A DNA stretch of 64,000 nt from assembly GCA_963749075.1 (NCBI GenBank), contig CAVVLJ010000016.1, forward strand, positions 64,001 through 128,000, given 5' to 3'. Of the stretch, positions 31,497 through 43,611 are shown piece after piece. How positions within the stretch are numbered: position 1 is the stretch's first letter; each line of letters opens with the position of its first letter. The DNA comes from an uncultured Pseudomonadota bacterium (GTDB lineage Bacteria > Pseudomonadota > Alphaproteobacteria > JACZXZ01). The position numbers and the translations under genes are program-made. Below the pieces are notes generated by a model. The model worked only from the letters and a program-made list of their open reading frames with translations. It did not search any database and was not told the origin of the DNA.

Positions 31497-31583
31497 TTGC
31501 TCCTCCCCTCGCTAGCGAGAGCCGCTTCCGCCCGTTTTGATCCCCGTTCCGGTCCCGCCCGGAATCTTCTCGGCTCGGTGTCC

Positions 31584-31625
31584 GAGTGCTTCGGGGTCTC
31601 TTTACCAACCGGCCCCGAAGCACTC
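31584..31625. other. Perfect 13-bp stem-loop in the ftsZ-lpxC spacer
   Basis: GAGTGCTTCGGGG-N16-CCCCGAAGCACTC; no U-tract. Confidence 0.6.
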
Positions 31626-31703
31626 AAATCACCTTTTGTTACGGAATGTTACCTGGAAAAGCGGTGCTCGCTCAAGGGGTTGCGCTCCTTCTTCGCGGCC
31701 TCG

Positions 31704-33251
31704 TCAGTTGGCCTGGCGGCGCAAGAACGCCGGGATGTCCAGGAGGTCGTCCTCGCCCTTCGAGACGGAGAGCCGGTTGGCCGGGTCGAGCCCGCCCAGG
31801 CGCGGCTGCGCCGCTTGGGGCTCGGCCGCCGGCACCTCGCCCGCCTTCCGGGCACCGCCCGTGACGCGGGTGAAGATGTCGGCCACGCGCCGCGCCTTGC
31901 GCGGTGCCGCCTGCTGAAGTGCCGCATGGCCCGCCGTGGCCAAGGCGGGCGCGGGCTCGGCCGCGGCCGGCCGGGCGGCGAGGGGCTCGCTTTGGCCGGC
32001 GATCACGACCGGCCGCGGCGCGAGGAAGGGCTGGTCGAGCTCGAGCGGCTCGCTTGCCGGCGCGGCCGCGGCGACGGCAGGCGTTGCGGCCCTGGCGGCG
32101 GCGCCAGGTGCCGGAGCCGCCGCCTGCGCCGCGGCGGCGGGTGCGGGAACCGCCGGCTCGACGGTGCGCGCCGCCGGCTGCCTCGCCTCCGCCGGGATGA
32201 CGGGCGGCGGGCTCAAGACGGCGCGCGGCGCCGGCCGCTCGCTCACCAGGACCGGCCGGCTCGGCTTCTGCTGGCCGACTGCTACGCCGTCGATGCCGGT
32301 CGCCACCACCGAGACGCGGATGCGCCCCTGGAGCTGCTCGTCGAAGGTCGAGCCGAAGATGATGTTGGCCTCGGGATCGACCTCGTCGCGGATGCGGTTG
32401 GCCGCCTCGTCCACCTCGAACAGCGTCATGTCCGTGCCGCCCGTGATGTTGATGAGGACGCCCTTGGCCCCCTTCATCGAGACGTCGTCGAGGAGCGGAT
32501 TGGAGATCGCCGCCTCGGCGGCATCGAGCGAGCGGCGCTCGCCCTCGGCCTCGCCGGTGCCCATCATCGCCTTGCCCATCTCGCTCATCACCGTGCGGAT
32601 GTCGGCGAAGTCGAGGTTGATGAGGCCGGGCATCACCATGAGGTCGGTCACCCCGCGCACGCCCGAATAGAGCACGTCGTCGGCCATCTTGAAGGCGTCC
32701 GCGAAGGTCGTCTTCTCGTTGGCGACGCGGAAGAGGTTCTGGTTCGGGATGATGATGAGGGTGTCGACGAACTGCTGCAGCTCGTCGATGCCCTGGTCGG
32801 CGATGCGCATGCGGTTTTGGCCCTCGAAGTGGAAGGGCTTGGTCACCACGCCGACCGTGAGGATGCCGCGCTCGCGCGCCGAGCGGGCGATCACGGGTGC
32901 GCCTCCCGTCCCGGTGCCGCCGCCCATGCCGGCGGTGATGAACACCATGTGGGAGCCGTCGAGGTAATCGAGTATCTCCTCGATGCCCTCCTCGGCCGCG
33001 GCCCGGCCCACGTCGGGGCGCGAGCCGGCGCCGAGCCCGTGGGTGACGGTGAGGCCGAGCTGGATGCGCCGGTCCGCCTTGGAGAGCGAGAGGGACTGCG
33101 CATCCGTGTTGCAGGCGAGGAACTCGACCCCCTCGAGGTTGGCGGCGATCATGTTGTTGACCGCATTGCCGCCGGCGCCGCCGACGCCGACCACGACGAT
33201 GCGCGGTTTGAGCTCACGCTCCTTGTCCGGTATCGATAGGTTGATGGTCAT
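31704..33251 (-). CDS. ftsZ: Cell division protein FtsZ
   Basis: [17 protein letters not shown]-terminal [12 protein letters not shown]. Confidence 0.98.
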   Translation of the reverse strand: MTINLSIPDKERELKPRIVVVGVGGAGGNAVNNMIAANLEGVEFLACNTDAQSLSLSKADRRIQLGLTVTHGLGAGSRPDVGRAAAEEGIEEILDYLDGSHMVFITAGMGGGTGTGGAPVIARSARERGILTVGVVTKPFHFEGQNRMRIADQGIDELQQFVDTLIIIPNQNLFRVANEKTTFADAFKMADDVLYSGVRGVTDLMVMPGLINLDFADIRTVMSEMGKAMMGTGEAEGERRSLDAAEAAISNPLLDDVSMKGAKGVLINITGGTDMTLFEVDEAANRIRDEVDPEANIIFGSTFDEQLQGRIRVSVVATGIDGVAVGQQKPSRPVLVSERPAPRAVLSPPPVIPAEARQPAARTVEPAVPAPAAAAQAAAPAPGAAARAATPAVAAAAPASEPLELDQPFLAPRPVVIAGQSEPLAARPAAAEPAPALATAGHAALQQAAPRKARRVADIFTRVTGGARKAGEVPAAEPQAAQPRLGGLDPANRLSVSKGEDDLLDIPAFLRRQAN

Positions 33252-33341
33252 GTCAGCCTCCGCTTCCCTTTCCGTAACAGCCGCCGGCTCTCGGACCCCG
33301 TTCTTGAAAGGCCCCGGCCGCGGCGGCGCGGCCGCAGTCGC

Positions 33342-34598
33342 TCAAAGATTCTCCCGTAGCCAGCTGCCGAAGCGCTCGAGCACGCCGTTGGGCGCCTGGT
33401 GGTTGCGCCGCGCCAGCGTGGGCGTCGCCGAATAGCGCGTCACCGCGTAGTGGAGGAGCCCGGCGCAGGTGGCAAAGGCCGGACCCGCCGTGGCGTCGGC
33501 AAGGCCGCCGATCCTGAGCGGCCGGCCCATGCGCACCTGCTTGTCGAGGACGAGGGCGGCGAGCTCGCGCACGCCCTGGAGCTGGGAGGCCCCGCCGGTC
33601 AGCACCACGCGGCGCCCTGCGGCCTTGTCGAGGCCGCCTGCCTCGAGGCGCGAGCGCACGAGCTCGAAGGTCTCCTCGATGCGCGGCTGGATGATGCCGA
33701 CGAGGATCGATTTCGGCACGTGGTTGGGGATGGCGTGCTCGTCCTCGCCGACCTGCGGCACGTCGATCACGTCGTGCTCGTCGGCGGAGGCGGCGAGCGC
33801 GCTGCCGTAGAGCGTCTTCATGCGCTCGGCGTGCACGAGCGGGGTCGAGAGCCCGCGCGCGATGTCGCTCGTCACGTGCTGGCCGCCGATCGGGATGCAC
33901 TCGGTGTGGACCACCTCGCCGTCGAGGAAGACCGAGATCGAGGTGGTGCCGCCGCCCATGTCGATGCAGGTGACGCCGAGGTCCGTCTCGTCCTCGACGA
34001 GCGCCGAGAGGCCGGCGGCGTAGGACGAGACGGCGAGCGCCTGGAGGTCGAGGTGGCAGCGCGCGACGCAGGTCTTGAGGTTGCGCACGGGGCCGGCGCT
34101 GGCCGTCACCACGTGCATGTTGACGCCGAGGCGCTCGCCGTACATGCCGCGCGGGTCGCGGATGCGCGGGCTGCCGTCGATGATGTAGTTGACCGGGATC
34201 GAATGGATGATCTCGCGGTCGCTCGCCTCGTTGAAGAGGTAGCCCTGGCCGAGGGCGCGTCTTAAGTCCACGTCGCCGACCTCGTGCCCGGCGATCGACA
34301 CCTCGACCGCCACGGTCTGCGAGGCGGGCGAGCCGCACGAGAGGTTGACGAAGACCTCGCGCATGGTCTCGCCGGCCATCTGCTCGGCGGCGTGCACGGC
34401 GCCGCGGATGGAGTCCTCGGCGGCATCCATGTCGACGATGGCGCCGGCGCGCAGCCCCCGCGCCTTCTGGTGGCCGATGCCGATGACGCGGATGTTGCCG
34501 TCGCCGTCGACCTGGGCCACGAAGCAGCACACCTTGGTGGTGCCGATGTCGAGTGCGGCGACGAGACCGCTCTTCGGTTTTGCCAATCCTCGCTTCAC
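33342..34598 (-). CDS. ftsA: Cell division protein FtsA
   Basis: LDIGTTKV, DMGGGTT, LTGGASQL; GTG start after a GAGGA RBS. Confidence 0.96.
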   Translation of the reverse strand: MKRGLAKPKSGLVAALDIGTTKVCCFVAQVDGDGNIRVIGIGHQKARGLRAGAIVDMDAAEDSIRGAVHAAEQMAGETMREVFVNLSCGSPASQTVAVEVSIAGHEVGDVDLRRALGQGYLFNEASDREIIHSIPVNYIIDGSPRIRDPRGMYGERLGVNMHVVTASAGPVRNLKTCVARCHLDLQALAVSSYAAGLSALVEDETDLGVTCIDMGGGTTSISVFLDGEVVHTECIPIGGQHVTSDIARGLSTPLVHAERMKTLYGSALAASADEHDVIDVPQVGEDEHAIPNHVPKSILVGIIQPRIEETFELVRSRLEAGGLDKAAGRRVVLTGGASQLQGVRELAALVLDKQVRMGRPLRIGGLADATAGPAFATCAGLLHYAVTRYSATPTLARRNHQAPNGVLERFGSWLRENL

Positions 34599-34665
34599 GG
34601 CGTCCTCTGCTCTCCAACTTCCCGACCGGCCCGTCCGGCCCAGACTCGGCACCCCTTCGCGCGCC

Positions 34666-35514
34666 TCACGTGCTCCTCCCCGGCTTGTGCTCGTGCGGTG
34701 CCGCGTCCGGGGCCAAGCGCACGATGAGACGGTCGGGCAGGCGCAGATCGATCATCACGATGTCGCGCGCGAAGAGCTTCTCCTTGGTCTCGAGACCGGC
34801 CAGGCGTACCAACGCCTCCTCGGGCGCCAGCTCGGGGAGACGCACGTCGATGCCTTCGACGAGGCGCAGGTTCCAGCGCCGCTTGCCGACCCAGATGGCG
34901 GCCTGCACGTGCGGTGCGAGCGCCGGCTGCTTGGCGAGGAGGGCGAGGAAGGCGGGTGCCGCCTTGGCGGCACCGGCGCCGACGACGAGGGGCAGGTTGG
35001 CGAAGCGGGCGGTGTCGGCACTCTCGATCACCGTGCCCTGGAGATCGATGAGCCTGGTCTTGTCGTTCTGCTGCCAGAGGGCAAGCGGCGAGCGCTCCTC
35101 CACCTTGACGTAGATGAGCTGCGGCCAGCGCCGCTCGACCGAGGCGCGCAGCACCCAGGGGAGCGCCTCGAGCCGCGCCTTGGCGGCCGTGAGGTCGACG
35201 GCGAGGATGGCCTCGCCGCGGCGGATGCCGAGGGCGGCGAGAAGGGCGACAACCGGGGTCTCCTTGCGGCCCTCGACCGTCACGTCGGCGACCCTCAGGC
35301 CGAGCGAGGCCGAGGCGCGGGCCGCACCGTCGACGAGCGCCGCCGCCGCCGCCGCGGCGGTGCCGCTGCGCCACAGCCAGAAGCCGCCGCCGCCGAGCCC
35401 GGCGAGCACGAGGGCGACCGCACCGTAGCGCAACGCGTCGCGCAGCCAGCGCGGCGCCGGGCGGCGCCAGTGCTGCCGCGCGGGCGGAAGGGAGGCTGCC
35501 TTCAGCGTTCGCAT
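34666..35514 (-). CDS. ftsQ: Cell division protein FtsQ
   Basis: TM segment + POTRA (LEALPWV...VERRWP), IDLRLPDRL; synteny. Confidence 0.92.
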   Translation of the reverse strand: MRTLKAASLPPARQHWRRPAPRWLRDALRYGAVALVLAGLGGGGFWLWRSGTAAAAAAALVDGAARASASLGLRVADVTVEGRKETPVVALLAALGIRRGEAILAVDLTAAKARLEALPWVLRASVERRWPQLIYVKVEERSPLALWQQNDKTRLIDLQGTVIESADTARFANLPLVVGAGAAKAAPAFLALLAKQPALAPHVQAAIWVGKRRWNLRLVEGIDVRLPELAPEEALVRLAGLETKEKLFARDIVMIDLRLPDRLIVRLAPDAAPHEHKPGRST

Positions 35515-36422
35515 GTGGCGTGCTCCACCATCCAGCTCACCAGTTCGGCGAAGGACATGCCGAGGTAGGCTGCCTGCTCGGGCACGAGCGAGAGCGGCGT
35601 CATCCCCGGCTGCGTGTTGATCTCTAGGAGATAGAGCCGGCCGGGCTCCCCGCGCGTGTCGTCGTAGCGGAAGTCGGCGCGCGAGACGCCGCGGCAGCCG
35701 AGCGTGCGGTGCGCCGCGAGCGCGTAATCCATGCAGGCCCGGCTGATCTCGTCGGGTACCGGCGCCGGGACGAGGTGGAGCGTGCGCCCGTCCGTGTATT
35801 TGTGCGCATAGTCGTAGAAGCCGTCGTCGGGGCGCAGTTCGGTCACCGCGAGCGCCCGGTCGCCCATCACGGAGACGGTGAGCTCGCGGCCCGGAATGTA
35901 GCGCTCGACCAGCACCTCGTCGCCGTAGGGCCAGCTCTCCTCCTCGAACGGCAGCTCGTTGTCGCCTTGGCGCACGATGCGCACGCCGACGCTCGAGCCC
36001 TCGGCGAGCGGCTTCACCACGTAGGGGCGCGCCATCACGTCGCCGGCAAGCATGCGCTCGCGCGGCACCACGCGGCCGTCCACGACGGGAATGCCGGCGG
36101 TCTCGAAGAGGCGCTTGGCCATCGGCTTGTTCATGGCGAGCGCCGAGGCGAGGAGGCCGGAATGGGTATAGGGCAGCTCGATGAGGTCGAGGAGCCCCTG
36201 GATGGTGCCGTCCTCGCCCCAGCGGCCGTGGAGCGCGTTGAACACCACGTCCGGGCGCGGCTCGAGCGCCGCGAGGAGCCGCCGCGGGTCGCGCTCGACC
36301 ACGATCTCGCGCACCGCGTAGCCGGCCTGGAGAAGTGCTGCGGCGCAGGCCTTGCCGCTCACGAAGGAGACCTCGCGCTCTGCCGACCAGCCGCCCATGA
36401 GCACGGCGACCTCCTTGCTCAC
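35502..36422 (-). CDS. ddl: D-alanine-D-alanine ligase
   Basis: MGGWSAEREVS, ALHGRWGEDG, EGSS, EINTQPGMT. Confidence 0.96.
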   Translation of the reverse strand: MSKEVAVLMGGWSAEREVSFVSGKACAAALLQAGYAVREIVVERDPRRLLAALEPRPDVVFNALHGRWGEDGTIQGLLDLIELPYTHSGLLASALAMNKPMAKRLFETAGIPVVDGRVVPRERMLAGDVMARPYVVKPLAEGSSVGVRIVRQGDNELPFEEESWPYGDEVLVERYIPGRELTVSVMGDRALAVTELRPDDGFYDYAHKYTDGRTLHLVPAPVPDEISRACMDYALAAHRTLGCRGVSRADFRYDDTRGEPGRLYLLEINTQPGMTPLSLVPEQAAYLGMSFAELVSWMVEHATCER

Positions 36423-37390
36423 GGCTTGGTCTCCTGAATCGCTCGCGGACCGGCCGAGGCAGGCACGCCGATGATGCGGATCTCCCACTCGAGCGAGATA
36501 CCGCTCGTCTCGAAGACGCGGCGGCGCACCTCCTCGCCGAGCCCCTCGATATCGGCGGCGCTGGCGGCACCGGTGTTGACGATGAAATTGCAGTGCTTCT
36601 CCGAGATCACGGCGCCGCCGCGGGCGAGGCCCCGGCAGCCGGCGGCGTCGATGAGCTGCCAGGCCTTGCGGCCGGCCGCCTCGGGCCCGCGCGGGTTGGC
36701 GAAGGTGCTGCCGCCGGTGCGGCCGCGGATGGGCTGGCTCTCCTCGCGCGCCGTCTCGATCTCCGCCATGCGCGCTGCTATCTCCGCGCGCACGCCGGGC
36801 ACAGCATCGAGGGTGGCCGCCACGACGATCCAGTCCGCGGGAAAGGCCGAATGGCGGTAGGAGAGGCCGAGTGCCGCGCGGTCGAGCCTGTGGCTTTGCC
36901 CGCGCCCGTCGAGGGCGTCCGCACCCACGATCGCATCGGCGATCTCGCGGCCGTAGGCGCCGGCGTTCATGCGCACGCCACCGCCGATCGAGCCGGGAAT
37001 GCCGGCGAGGAACTCGAGGCCGGCGAGGCCCGCCTCGGCCGCGGCCTCGGCTACGTTGAGGTCGAGCGCTGCGGCACCGGCGCTCACTCCCGGCGGTGCC
37101 ACGGCGATGGCGGCAAAGCGCTTGCCCAGGCGCACCACGACCCCCGGCACGCCGCCGTCGCGCACGAGGAGGTTCGAGCCCACGCCGATGACGCTCAGCG
37201 GGACGTCCGCGGGCTTCCTTGCGAGGAACTGCGCGAGATCGTCGCGGTCCGCCGGCTGGAACATGACCTCGGCGGCACCGCCCGTGCGGAAGCGCGTGAG
37301 GCGCGCCAAGGGTGCTGCGGCCGTGAGCCGTCCGCGCACCTGCGGCAGGCGCTCGATGAGGCGGGGGAGGAGGCTCTTGAGCGCCATCAT
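36419..37390 (-). CDS. murB: UDP-N-acetylenolpyruvoylglucosamine reductase
   Basis: [34 protein letters not shown]. Confidence 0.96.
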   Translation of the reverse strand: MMALKSLLPRLIERLPQVRGRLTAAAPLARLTRFRTGGAAEVMFQPADRDDLAQFLARKPADVPLSVIGVGSNLLVRDGGVPGVVVRLGKRFAAIAVAPPGVSAGAAALDLNVAEAAAEAGLAGLEFLAGIPGSIGGGVRMNAGAYGREIADAIVGADALDGRGQSHRLDRAALGLSYRHSAFPADWIVVAATLDAVPGVRAEIAARMAEIETAREESQPIRGRTGGSTFANPRGPEAAGRKAWQLIDAAGCRGLARGGAVISEKHCNFIVNTGAASAADIEGLGEEVRRRVFETSGISLEWEIRIIGVPASAGPRAIQETKP

Positions 37391-38838
37391 CCGCTCGCTC
37401 CATTGAGCCGCCTGGCCGCGGGCGCAGCACCGGCGAAGAGGGCCTCGAGCTCGCCGGGAAGCGTCGCCGCCCACTGGGTGATGCTGCCGGCGCCGACGCA
37501 GACCACCGTGTCGCCCGGCTCGGCGAGCGCCGCCACGATCGACGCGAGCTCGCGCGGATCGGCCAGCGAGACCACCTTGCGGTGGCCGTGGCTGATGAGC
37601 CCCTCGACGAGCGCCTCGCGGCTCGCACCCTCGATGGGCGTCTCGCCGGCGCCATAGACGTTGGCGACGATGACCGCATCGGCCTCGTTGAAGCAGGTGC
37701 AGAATTCCTCGAAAAGGTTGTGCAGGCGCGTATAGCGGTGCGGCTGCACCACCGCGATGACGCGGCCCTCAGAGGCCGTGCGCACCGCGCGCATCACCGC
37801 GGCGATCTCGACCGGGTGGTGGCCGTAGTCGTCGATCACGCGGATGCCGCCCGCCTCGCCGGTCACCGTCAGGCGGCGCTTGACGCCGGCGAAAGAGGCG
37901 AGGGCCTCGCGGATGGTCGCCTGGTCGATGCCCATCTCGTGGGCGATCGCAATGGCGGCGAGCGAGTTCTGCACGTTGTGCTGGCCCAGCATGGGCAGCG
38001 TGAGTGCCTCCAGCTCGTGCTCGCTGCCGCGGAAGCGGTCGGTGATGTGCACGTTGTAGCGCGAGCCTTTGGGGCCGAGCTCGATGTCGCTCGCCCGCAC
38101 GTTGGCCTGCGGGCTCATGCCGTAGGTGATGATCTTGCGGTCGAGCACGCGCGGGATCAGCGCCTGCACCTCGGGATGGTCGATGCAGAGGGCGGCGAAG
38201 CCGTAGAAGGGGATGTTCTGGATGAAGGAGACGAAACCGTCGCGCAAGCGATCGAAGCTGCCGTAGAAGTCGAGATGCTCGGGATCGATGTTGGTGACGA
38301 CCGAGATGGTGGCCGGCAGCTTGACGAAGGTGCCGTCGGACTCGTCGGCCTCCACCACCATCCACTCGCCGCTGCCGAGCCGCGCGTTGGTGCCGTAAGC
38401 GTTGATGATGCCGCCGTTGATCACCGTGGGGTCGAGCCCGGCCGCCTCGAGAAGTGCCGCCACCATCGAGGTGGTCGTCGTCTTGCCGTGCGTGCCGGCG
38501 ACGGCGACCGACCATTTGAGGCGCATGAGCTCGGCCAGCATCTCGGCGCGGCGCACCACCGGCATGAGGCGCGCGCGCGCCGCCTTGACCTCGGGATTGT
38601 CCGCCGGAATCGCCGAGGAGACGACGATCACCTCGGACTCGCCGAGGTTCTCCTCGCGATGGCCGATCGAGACCGGGATGCCGCGGGCGCTGAGGCGCCG
38701 CACGTTGGCGCCGTCGGCCACGTCGCTGCCCTGCACCCGGTAGCCGAGGTTGTGCAGGATCTCGGCGATGCCGCTCATGCCGATGCCGCCGATGCCGACG
38801 AAGTGGATGATGCCGATGTCGAGCGGAAGCGTTCTCAT
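37387..38838 (-). CDS. murC: UDP-N-acetylmuramate-L-alanine ligase
   Basis: [30 protein letters not shown]. Confidence 0.97.
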   Translation of the reverse strand: MRTLPLDIGIIHFVGIGGIGMSGIAEILHNLGYRVQGSDVADGANVRRLSARGIPVSIGHREENLGESEVIVVSSAIPADNPEVKAARARLMPVVRRAEMLAELMRLKWSVAVAGTHGKTTTTSMVAALLEAAGLDPTVINGGIINAYGTNARLGSGEWMVVEADESDGTFVKLPATISVVTNIDPEHLDFYGSFDRLRDGFVSFIQNIPFYGFAALCIDHPEVQALIPRVLDRKIITYGMSPQANVRASDIELGPKGSRYNVHITDRFRGSEHELEALTLPMLGQHNVQNSLAAIAIAHEMGIDQATIREALASFAGVKRRLTVTGEAGGIRVIDDYGHHPVEIAAVMRAVRTASEGRVIAVVQPHRYTRLHNLFEEFCTCFNEADAVIVANVYGAGETPIEGASREALVEGLISHGHRKVVSLADPRELASIVAALAEPGDTVVCVGAGSITQWAATLPGELEALFAGAAPAARRLNGASG

Positions 38839-39974
38839 TCGGCGGCCACCTTGAGCGCATCGTGGTTGCCGTTGGCGGGCAAGAGGCGCTCGACGACGGA
38901 GGCGAGCCGCTCGGCCGCGTCGCTGCGCCCGGCGGCGGCGGCGGCCATGGCGGCGCTCATCAGCGTCTCGGGCATGGCGATGAGGGCGGCCAGGCGTTCG
39001 GTGAGCTTGGCCGCATCGAACATGCCCTCGGGGATGAGCCAGGCGCCTCCGCCCGAGTCGATCGCCTGCGCGTTCGCCATCTGGTGGTCGTCGATGGCGT
39101 GGGGATAGGGCACCAGGATCGCCGGCCGGCCGACGGCGGTGAGCTCGGCACAACTCGAGGCGCCCGAGCGGCTGATGAGGAGATGGCAGGCGGCGAGCCG
39201 CTCGGGCACGTCGCGGAAGAAGGGGGAGACCTCGGCCTCGACGCCGGCGCTGCGGTAGGCGGCCTCCACCGCCGCCTGGTCCTCCGGACGCGCCTGCTGC
39301 TCGACCCGCATGAGCTGGCGCCGCTCGGCGGGGAGGCCATGGACGGCCGCCGGCACCACCTGGCCGAAGACGCGGGCGCCCTGGCTGCCGCCCAGCACGA
39401 GGAGGCGGAAGCGCTCGCCCGGGCCCAGCGGCGGGTAGGGCCGGCGGGAGAGCGCCGCGAACTCCTCGCGCACCGGATTGCCGGTGAGCGTCAGCTTGCC
39501 GCGGTCGCTCTCGCGGATCGCCTTGGTGTCCGCGAAGGAGGTGGCGATGAGGCGGACGCGCGAGGCGAGCAGGCGGTTGGCGCGGCCGAGGACGGCGTTC
39601 TGCTCATGGAGGGCCGCCGGCAGGCCGGCGAGGAGTGCCGCCGCCATGGTGGGAAGCGAGGCGTAGCCGCCGAAGCCGAGGAGCGCATCGGGCTTCTCGG
39701 CCCCGATGAGGGCGCGCGCCTGGAGGAAGCCGATGGCGAGCCGGAGTGCGGCACCGCCGCGCTGCAGGAGGCCGCGCCCGGCGATGCCGCCGGCCGCGAT
39801 CACGCGCAGCTCCGCGCCCGCGGGTGCTCCGCCGTGGCTGGCGCCGCGCCGGTCGGTGACCAGGATCGCACGGTGCCCGCGCGCCACGAGCGCCCGTGCC
39901 GTGGCCTCCGCGGGGAAGATGTGCCCGCCGGTGCCGCCGGTCGCGAGCATGATCGAGGCGGGCTTGGCGCTCAT
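38835..39974 (-). CDS. murG: Lipid II GlcNAc transferase MurG
   Basis: [31 protein letters not shown]. Confidence 0.96.
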   Translation of the reverse strand: MSAKPASIMLATGGTGGHIFPAEATARALVARGHRAILVTDRRGASHGGAPAGAELRVIAAGGIAGRGLLQRGGAALRLAIGFLQARALIGAEKPDALLGFGGYASLPTMAAALLAGLPAALHEQNAVLGRANRLLASRVRLIATSFADTKAIRESDRGKLTLTGNPVREEFAALSRRPYPPLGPGERFRLLVLGGSQGARVFGQVVPAAVHGLPAERRQLMRVEQQARPEDQAAVEAAYRSAGVEAEVSPFFRDVPERLAACHLLISRSGASSCAELTAVGRPAILVPYPHAIDDHQMANAQAIDSGGGAWLIPEGMFDAAKLTERLAALIAMPETLMSAAMAAAAAGRSDAAERLASVVERLLPANGNHDALKVAAE

Positions 39975-41098
39975 GCGAGCCCTCCCGGTCCGACGCGCTT
40001 GCGCGTCAGCGCCAGCACCATGCCCATGCCGAGTGCCAGCGCCAGGAGCGAGGAGCCGCCGTAGCTGATGAAGGGCAGCGTCATGCCCTTGGTCGGCATG
40101 AGGCGCATCTCGGACGCCATGTTGACCACGGCCTGGAGGCCGAACTGCACGAGGAGCCCCGAGCCCGCGAGCAGCACGAAGAGATTCTGCTCCTGCATGA
40201 GCCGGCCGATGCCGCGCAGCACCACGAAAGCGAAGAGGGCGATGATGAAGAGGCAGGCGAAAAGCCCGAACTCCTCGCCGGCGACGGCAAAGACGAAATC
40301 GCTGTGCGCGTCGGGCAGGTGGAGCTTGGCGACGCCCTCGCCGGGGCCGCGGCCGAAGAGGCCGCCGTTCGAGAAGGCGTCGAGCGAGCGCTCGACCTGG
40401 TAGCTGTCGCCCTGCTGGGGATTGAGGAAGTGGTCGACGCGGACCGCCACGTGGGGCAGCGTCACATAGGCCGCGGCGAGGGCGGCTATGCCGAGCGTCA
40501 CGAAGAGCAGCGCCCAGTAGACGCGCAGCCCCGCGAGGAAGAACTGGCCGAACCACACGACGGAGACGACTACGACCATGCCGATGTCGGGCTGGGCGAC
40601 CAGGAGGGCGGCGACGATGCCGTAGAGGAGGATGGCCACGGCGTTGCCCGGCACGGCCTCGCCCTGGCGCTGCGCCGCGAACATCCAGGCGGCGACCACG
40701 GCAAAGGCCGGCTTGACGAACTCGGAGGGCTGCAGCGAGACGCCGGCGAAGTAGATCCAGCGCTTGGCACCCTTGATCTCGGTGCCGACGTAGGGTGTGA
40801 GCGCCAGCAGCACCAGCGCCGCCACGAAGACGAAGACGGAGAGCCGACGCACCCCGCGCGGCTCGAGGAGCGACACCGCCAGCATGAGGACCACGGCGGT
40901 GGGCAGGAAGACGAACTCGCGGCGCACGAAGTAGAGCGAGTCGTAGCCGATGCGCACGGCGACCGGCGGGCTCGCGGCGAGCGTCATGATGCAGCCGATG
41001 AGGGCGAGGCTGGCGAGCGCCACCAGCATCCACTTGTCGACCGTCCACCACCAGCGGCCGATGATGCTCGTGTCCGTGCGGGTGAAACTCATGCTCAT
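39971..41098 (-). CDS. ftsW: SEDS peptidoglycan polymerase FtsW
   Basis: [35 protein letters not shown]. Confidence 0.96.
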   Translation of the reverse strand: MSMSFTRTDTSIIGRWWWTVDKWMLVALASLALIGCIMTLAASPPVAVRIGYDSLYFVRREFVFLPTAVVLMLAVSLLEPRGVRRLSVFVFVAALVLLALTPYVGTEIKGAKRWIYFAGVSLQPSEFVKPAFAVVAAWMFAAQRQGEAVPGNAVAILLYGIVAALLVAQPDIGMVVVVSVVWFGQFFLAGLRVYWALLFVTLGIAALAAAYVTLPHVAVRVDHFLNPQQGDSYQVERSLDAFSNGGLFGRGPGEGVAKLHLPDAHSDFVFAVAGEEFGLFACLFIIALFAFVVLRGIGRLMQEQNLFVLLAGSGLLVQFGLQAVVNMASEMRLMPTKGMTLPFISYGGSSLLALALGMGMVLALTRKRVGPGGLA

Positions 41099-42509
41099 GG
41101 CGCGGCCTCCGCCTGGAGCGCCTCGCCGCGCCTGCCGGGCAGCGCCTTCACGAGCGCCTTGAACGCCTCGCCGCGCGCCTCGAAGCTGGCGAACTGGTCC
41201 CAGGAGGCCGAGGCGGGCGAGAGCAGCACCACGGCGCCCTTGCCGGCATCGCGCGCGGCATCGGCGTGCGCTTCGGCCACCGCCCTCTCGAGCGTGCGCG
41301 CGAGCGTGAAGGGCACGCGGCCCGCGAGCGTCGCCGCGAACGCGTCGGCCGCCTCGCCGATGAGATAGGCATGGGCGACGCGGCCGAAGTGCGGCACCAG
41401 CCGCTCGATGCCGCCCTCCTTGGCGAGGCCGCCCGCGATCCAGTAGATGCGCTCGTAGGAGACCAGCGCGCGCATGGCCGCTTCCGCGTTGGTCGCCTTG
41501 CTGTCGTTGACGTAGCGCACGCCGTCGATCGCCGCCACGAGCTCCTGGCGGTGCCTGAGCCCGGGGAAGCTCGCAAGCGCGGCGGCGATCGCTGGCGTGG
41601 GCACGCCCGCGGCCTTGGCCGCGGCATAGGCGGCCGCTGCATTCTGCCAATTGTGGCGGCCCGGGAGCGTCGGGATGGCGGCGAGATCGGCAATCTCGCG
41701 GGCCTTCCCCCGCGTGTCGTCGACGAGGCGGCCGCCCTCCGCATAGACCCCTCCGGCAACGCGCCCTTCGCCCGAGATCGGCACGGCGGTGGGACCCGCG
41801 CTCGCGGCGAGCTCGCCGTAGATCGCCCGCGCCTCGGCATCGTCGACGCCGACCACGGCGGTCTCGAGGGTGGCCTGGCCGCGGAAGATGCGCTTCTTCG
41901 CCGCGATGTAGCCCGCGAGCCCGCCGTGGCGCGCGAGATGGTCGGGGCTGATGTTGGTCAGCACGGCCACGTCGAAGGTGGGCGAGAGGGTGAGCTCGAG
42001 CTGATAGGAGGACATCTCGAGGACGTAGAAGCCGCCCTCGTCGAGCGGCTCGAGCTCGAGGGCCGGCGTGCCGAGATTGCCGCCCACCTCGACGCGGAAG
42101 CCGGCACGGCCGAGGATATGGCCGATGAGCGCCGTCGTCGTCGATTTCCCGTTGGTGCCGGTGATGCCGATGTAGGAGCAGTTGCGCCGGCTGCGGCCGA
42201 GCAGCTCGAACGTCGGAGACGATCTCGAGGCCGGCCGCGCGCGCGCGCTCGGCCACGGGGTGGGGCTTGGGCCAGGTGTGCGGGATGCCCGGGCTCCACA
42301 CGATCGTCCGCGCCGCCTCGAGATTCTTTCTTATAGAGGTCGACGAGGGGGATGCGGGCGGCCTCCGCCTCCTGGCGCCGCGCCTCGCTGTCGTCCCATG
42401 CCCACACTTGCGCGCCGCTCGCCAGAAGCGCCTTGGCCGCCGCCAGGCCGCTCCTGCCGAGGCCCATGACGGCGACCGGGATGCCGGCCAAGGGAGGGAT
42501 CACGATCAT
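41095..42509 (-). CDS. murD: UDP-MurNAc-L-Ala-D-Glu ligase, split by two +1 insertions (probably sequence errors)
   Basis: [35 protein letters not shown] spread over three frames; span is 3n+2; extra bases near 42328 and 42209. Confidence 0.9.
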
Positions 42510-42513
42510 CCCC

Positions 42514-43602
42514 TCACCTCAGCTTGAGCGTCGAGAGCCCGGCGAGCGCCAGGATCGACGCGATGATCCAGAAACGGATGACGATGGTGGCCTCCTGCCA
42601 GCCCTTCTTCTCGAAGTGGTGGTGCAAGGGCGCCATGCGGAAGACGCGCTTGCCGGTGAGCTTGAAGGAGACCACCTGGACGAGGACCGAGACCGTCTCG
42701 AGCACGAAGAGCCCGCCCACGATGGCGAGCACCAGCTCGTGCTTGGTGACGACGCTGATGACGCCGAGGGCGCCTCCGCAGGAGAGCGAGCCCGTATCGC
42801 CCATGAAGACCATGGCCGGCGGCGCGTTGAACCAGAGGAAGCCCAAGCTCGCCCCCACCAGCGAGCCGCAGAAGACGGAGAGCTCGCCGGCACCCGCCAC
42901 GTAGTGGAGCTGCAGGTAGTTGGCGAAGACCAGGTTGCCGGTCAGGTAGGAGATGAGGCCGAAGACGCCCGCCGCGATCATCACCGGCACAATGGCAAGG
43001 CCGTCGAGCCCATCGGTCAGGTTGACGGCGTTCGAGGCCCCCACGATCACGAAGGCGGCGACCGGGAGGAAGAACCAGCCGAGCTGCAACAGCACCGACT
43101 TGAAGAAGGGCAGCGCAAAGCCGGTCGCGAGCGGCTCCGGCGTGTGGAGGACGAGCCAGAGTGTCGCGAGGAGCGCCAGGACGACCTGGCCCAGGAGCTT
43201 GACCCTGCCGGGCAGCCCGCGGCTCGAGCGGCGGCTCAGCTTGAGGTAGTCGTCGGCAGCACCGATGGCACCGAAGCCGAAGGTCACGAAGAGCACCAGC
43301 CAGACATAGCCGTTGTTGATGTCGGCCCAGAGGAGCGTGCTCAGCGTGAGCGCCGCGAGAATGAGGACGCCGCCCATGGTGGGCGTGCCCTTCTTGCTGA
43401 CGAGGTGCCCCTCGGGGCCGTCCTCGCGGATCGGCTGGCCGTCGCGCTGCATCTGCCTGAGCCAGGCGATGAGCTGCGGCCCGAGGAGGAAGCTGATGAG
43501 GAGCGCCGTCGCGACCGCACCGCCCGTGCGGAAGGTGATGTAGCGGAAGAGGTTGAACGGCGTGAAATCCTCGGTCAGCGGGGCGAGCAGGTTGAACAGC
43601 AT
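42514..43602 (-). CDS. mraY: Phospho-MurNAc-pentapeptide transferase
   Basis: [34 protein letters not shown]. Confidence 0.97.
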   Translation of the reverse strand: MLFNLLAPLTEDFTPFNLFRYITFRTGGAVATALLISFLLGPQLIAWLRQMQRDGQPIREDGPEGHLVSKKGTPTMGGVLILAALTLSTLLWADINNGYVWLVLFVTFGFGAIGAADDYLKLSRRSSRGLPGRVKLLGQVVLALLATLWLVLHTPEPLATGFALPFFKSVLLQLGWFFLPVAAFVIVGASNAVNLTDGLDGLAIVPVMIAAGVFGLISYLTGNLVFANYLQLHYVAGAGELSVFCGSLVGASLGFLWFNAPPAMVFMGDTGSLSCGGALGVISVVTKHELVLAIVGGLFVLETVSVLVQVVSFKLTGKRVFRMAPLHHHFEKKGWQEATIVIRFWIIASILALAGLSTLKLR

Positions 43603-43611
43603 GCGCGCCCC

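Noticed and set aside
41095-42509. Programmed frameshifting or true pseudogene in murD
   Set aside because: It would need two shifts with no convincing slippery site or stimulator, in an essential gene; an indel artefact is more parsimonious.
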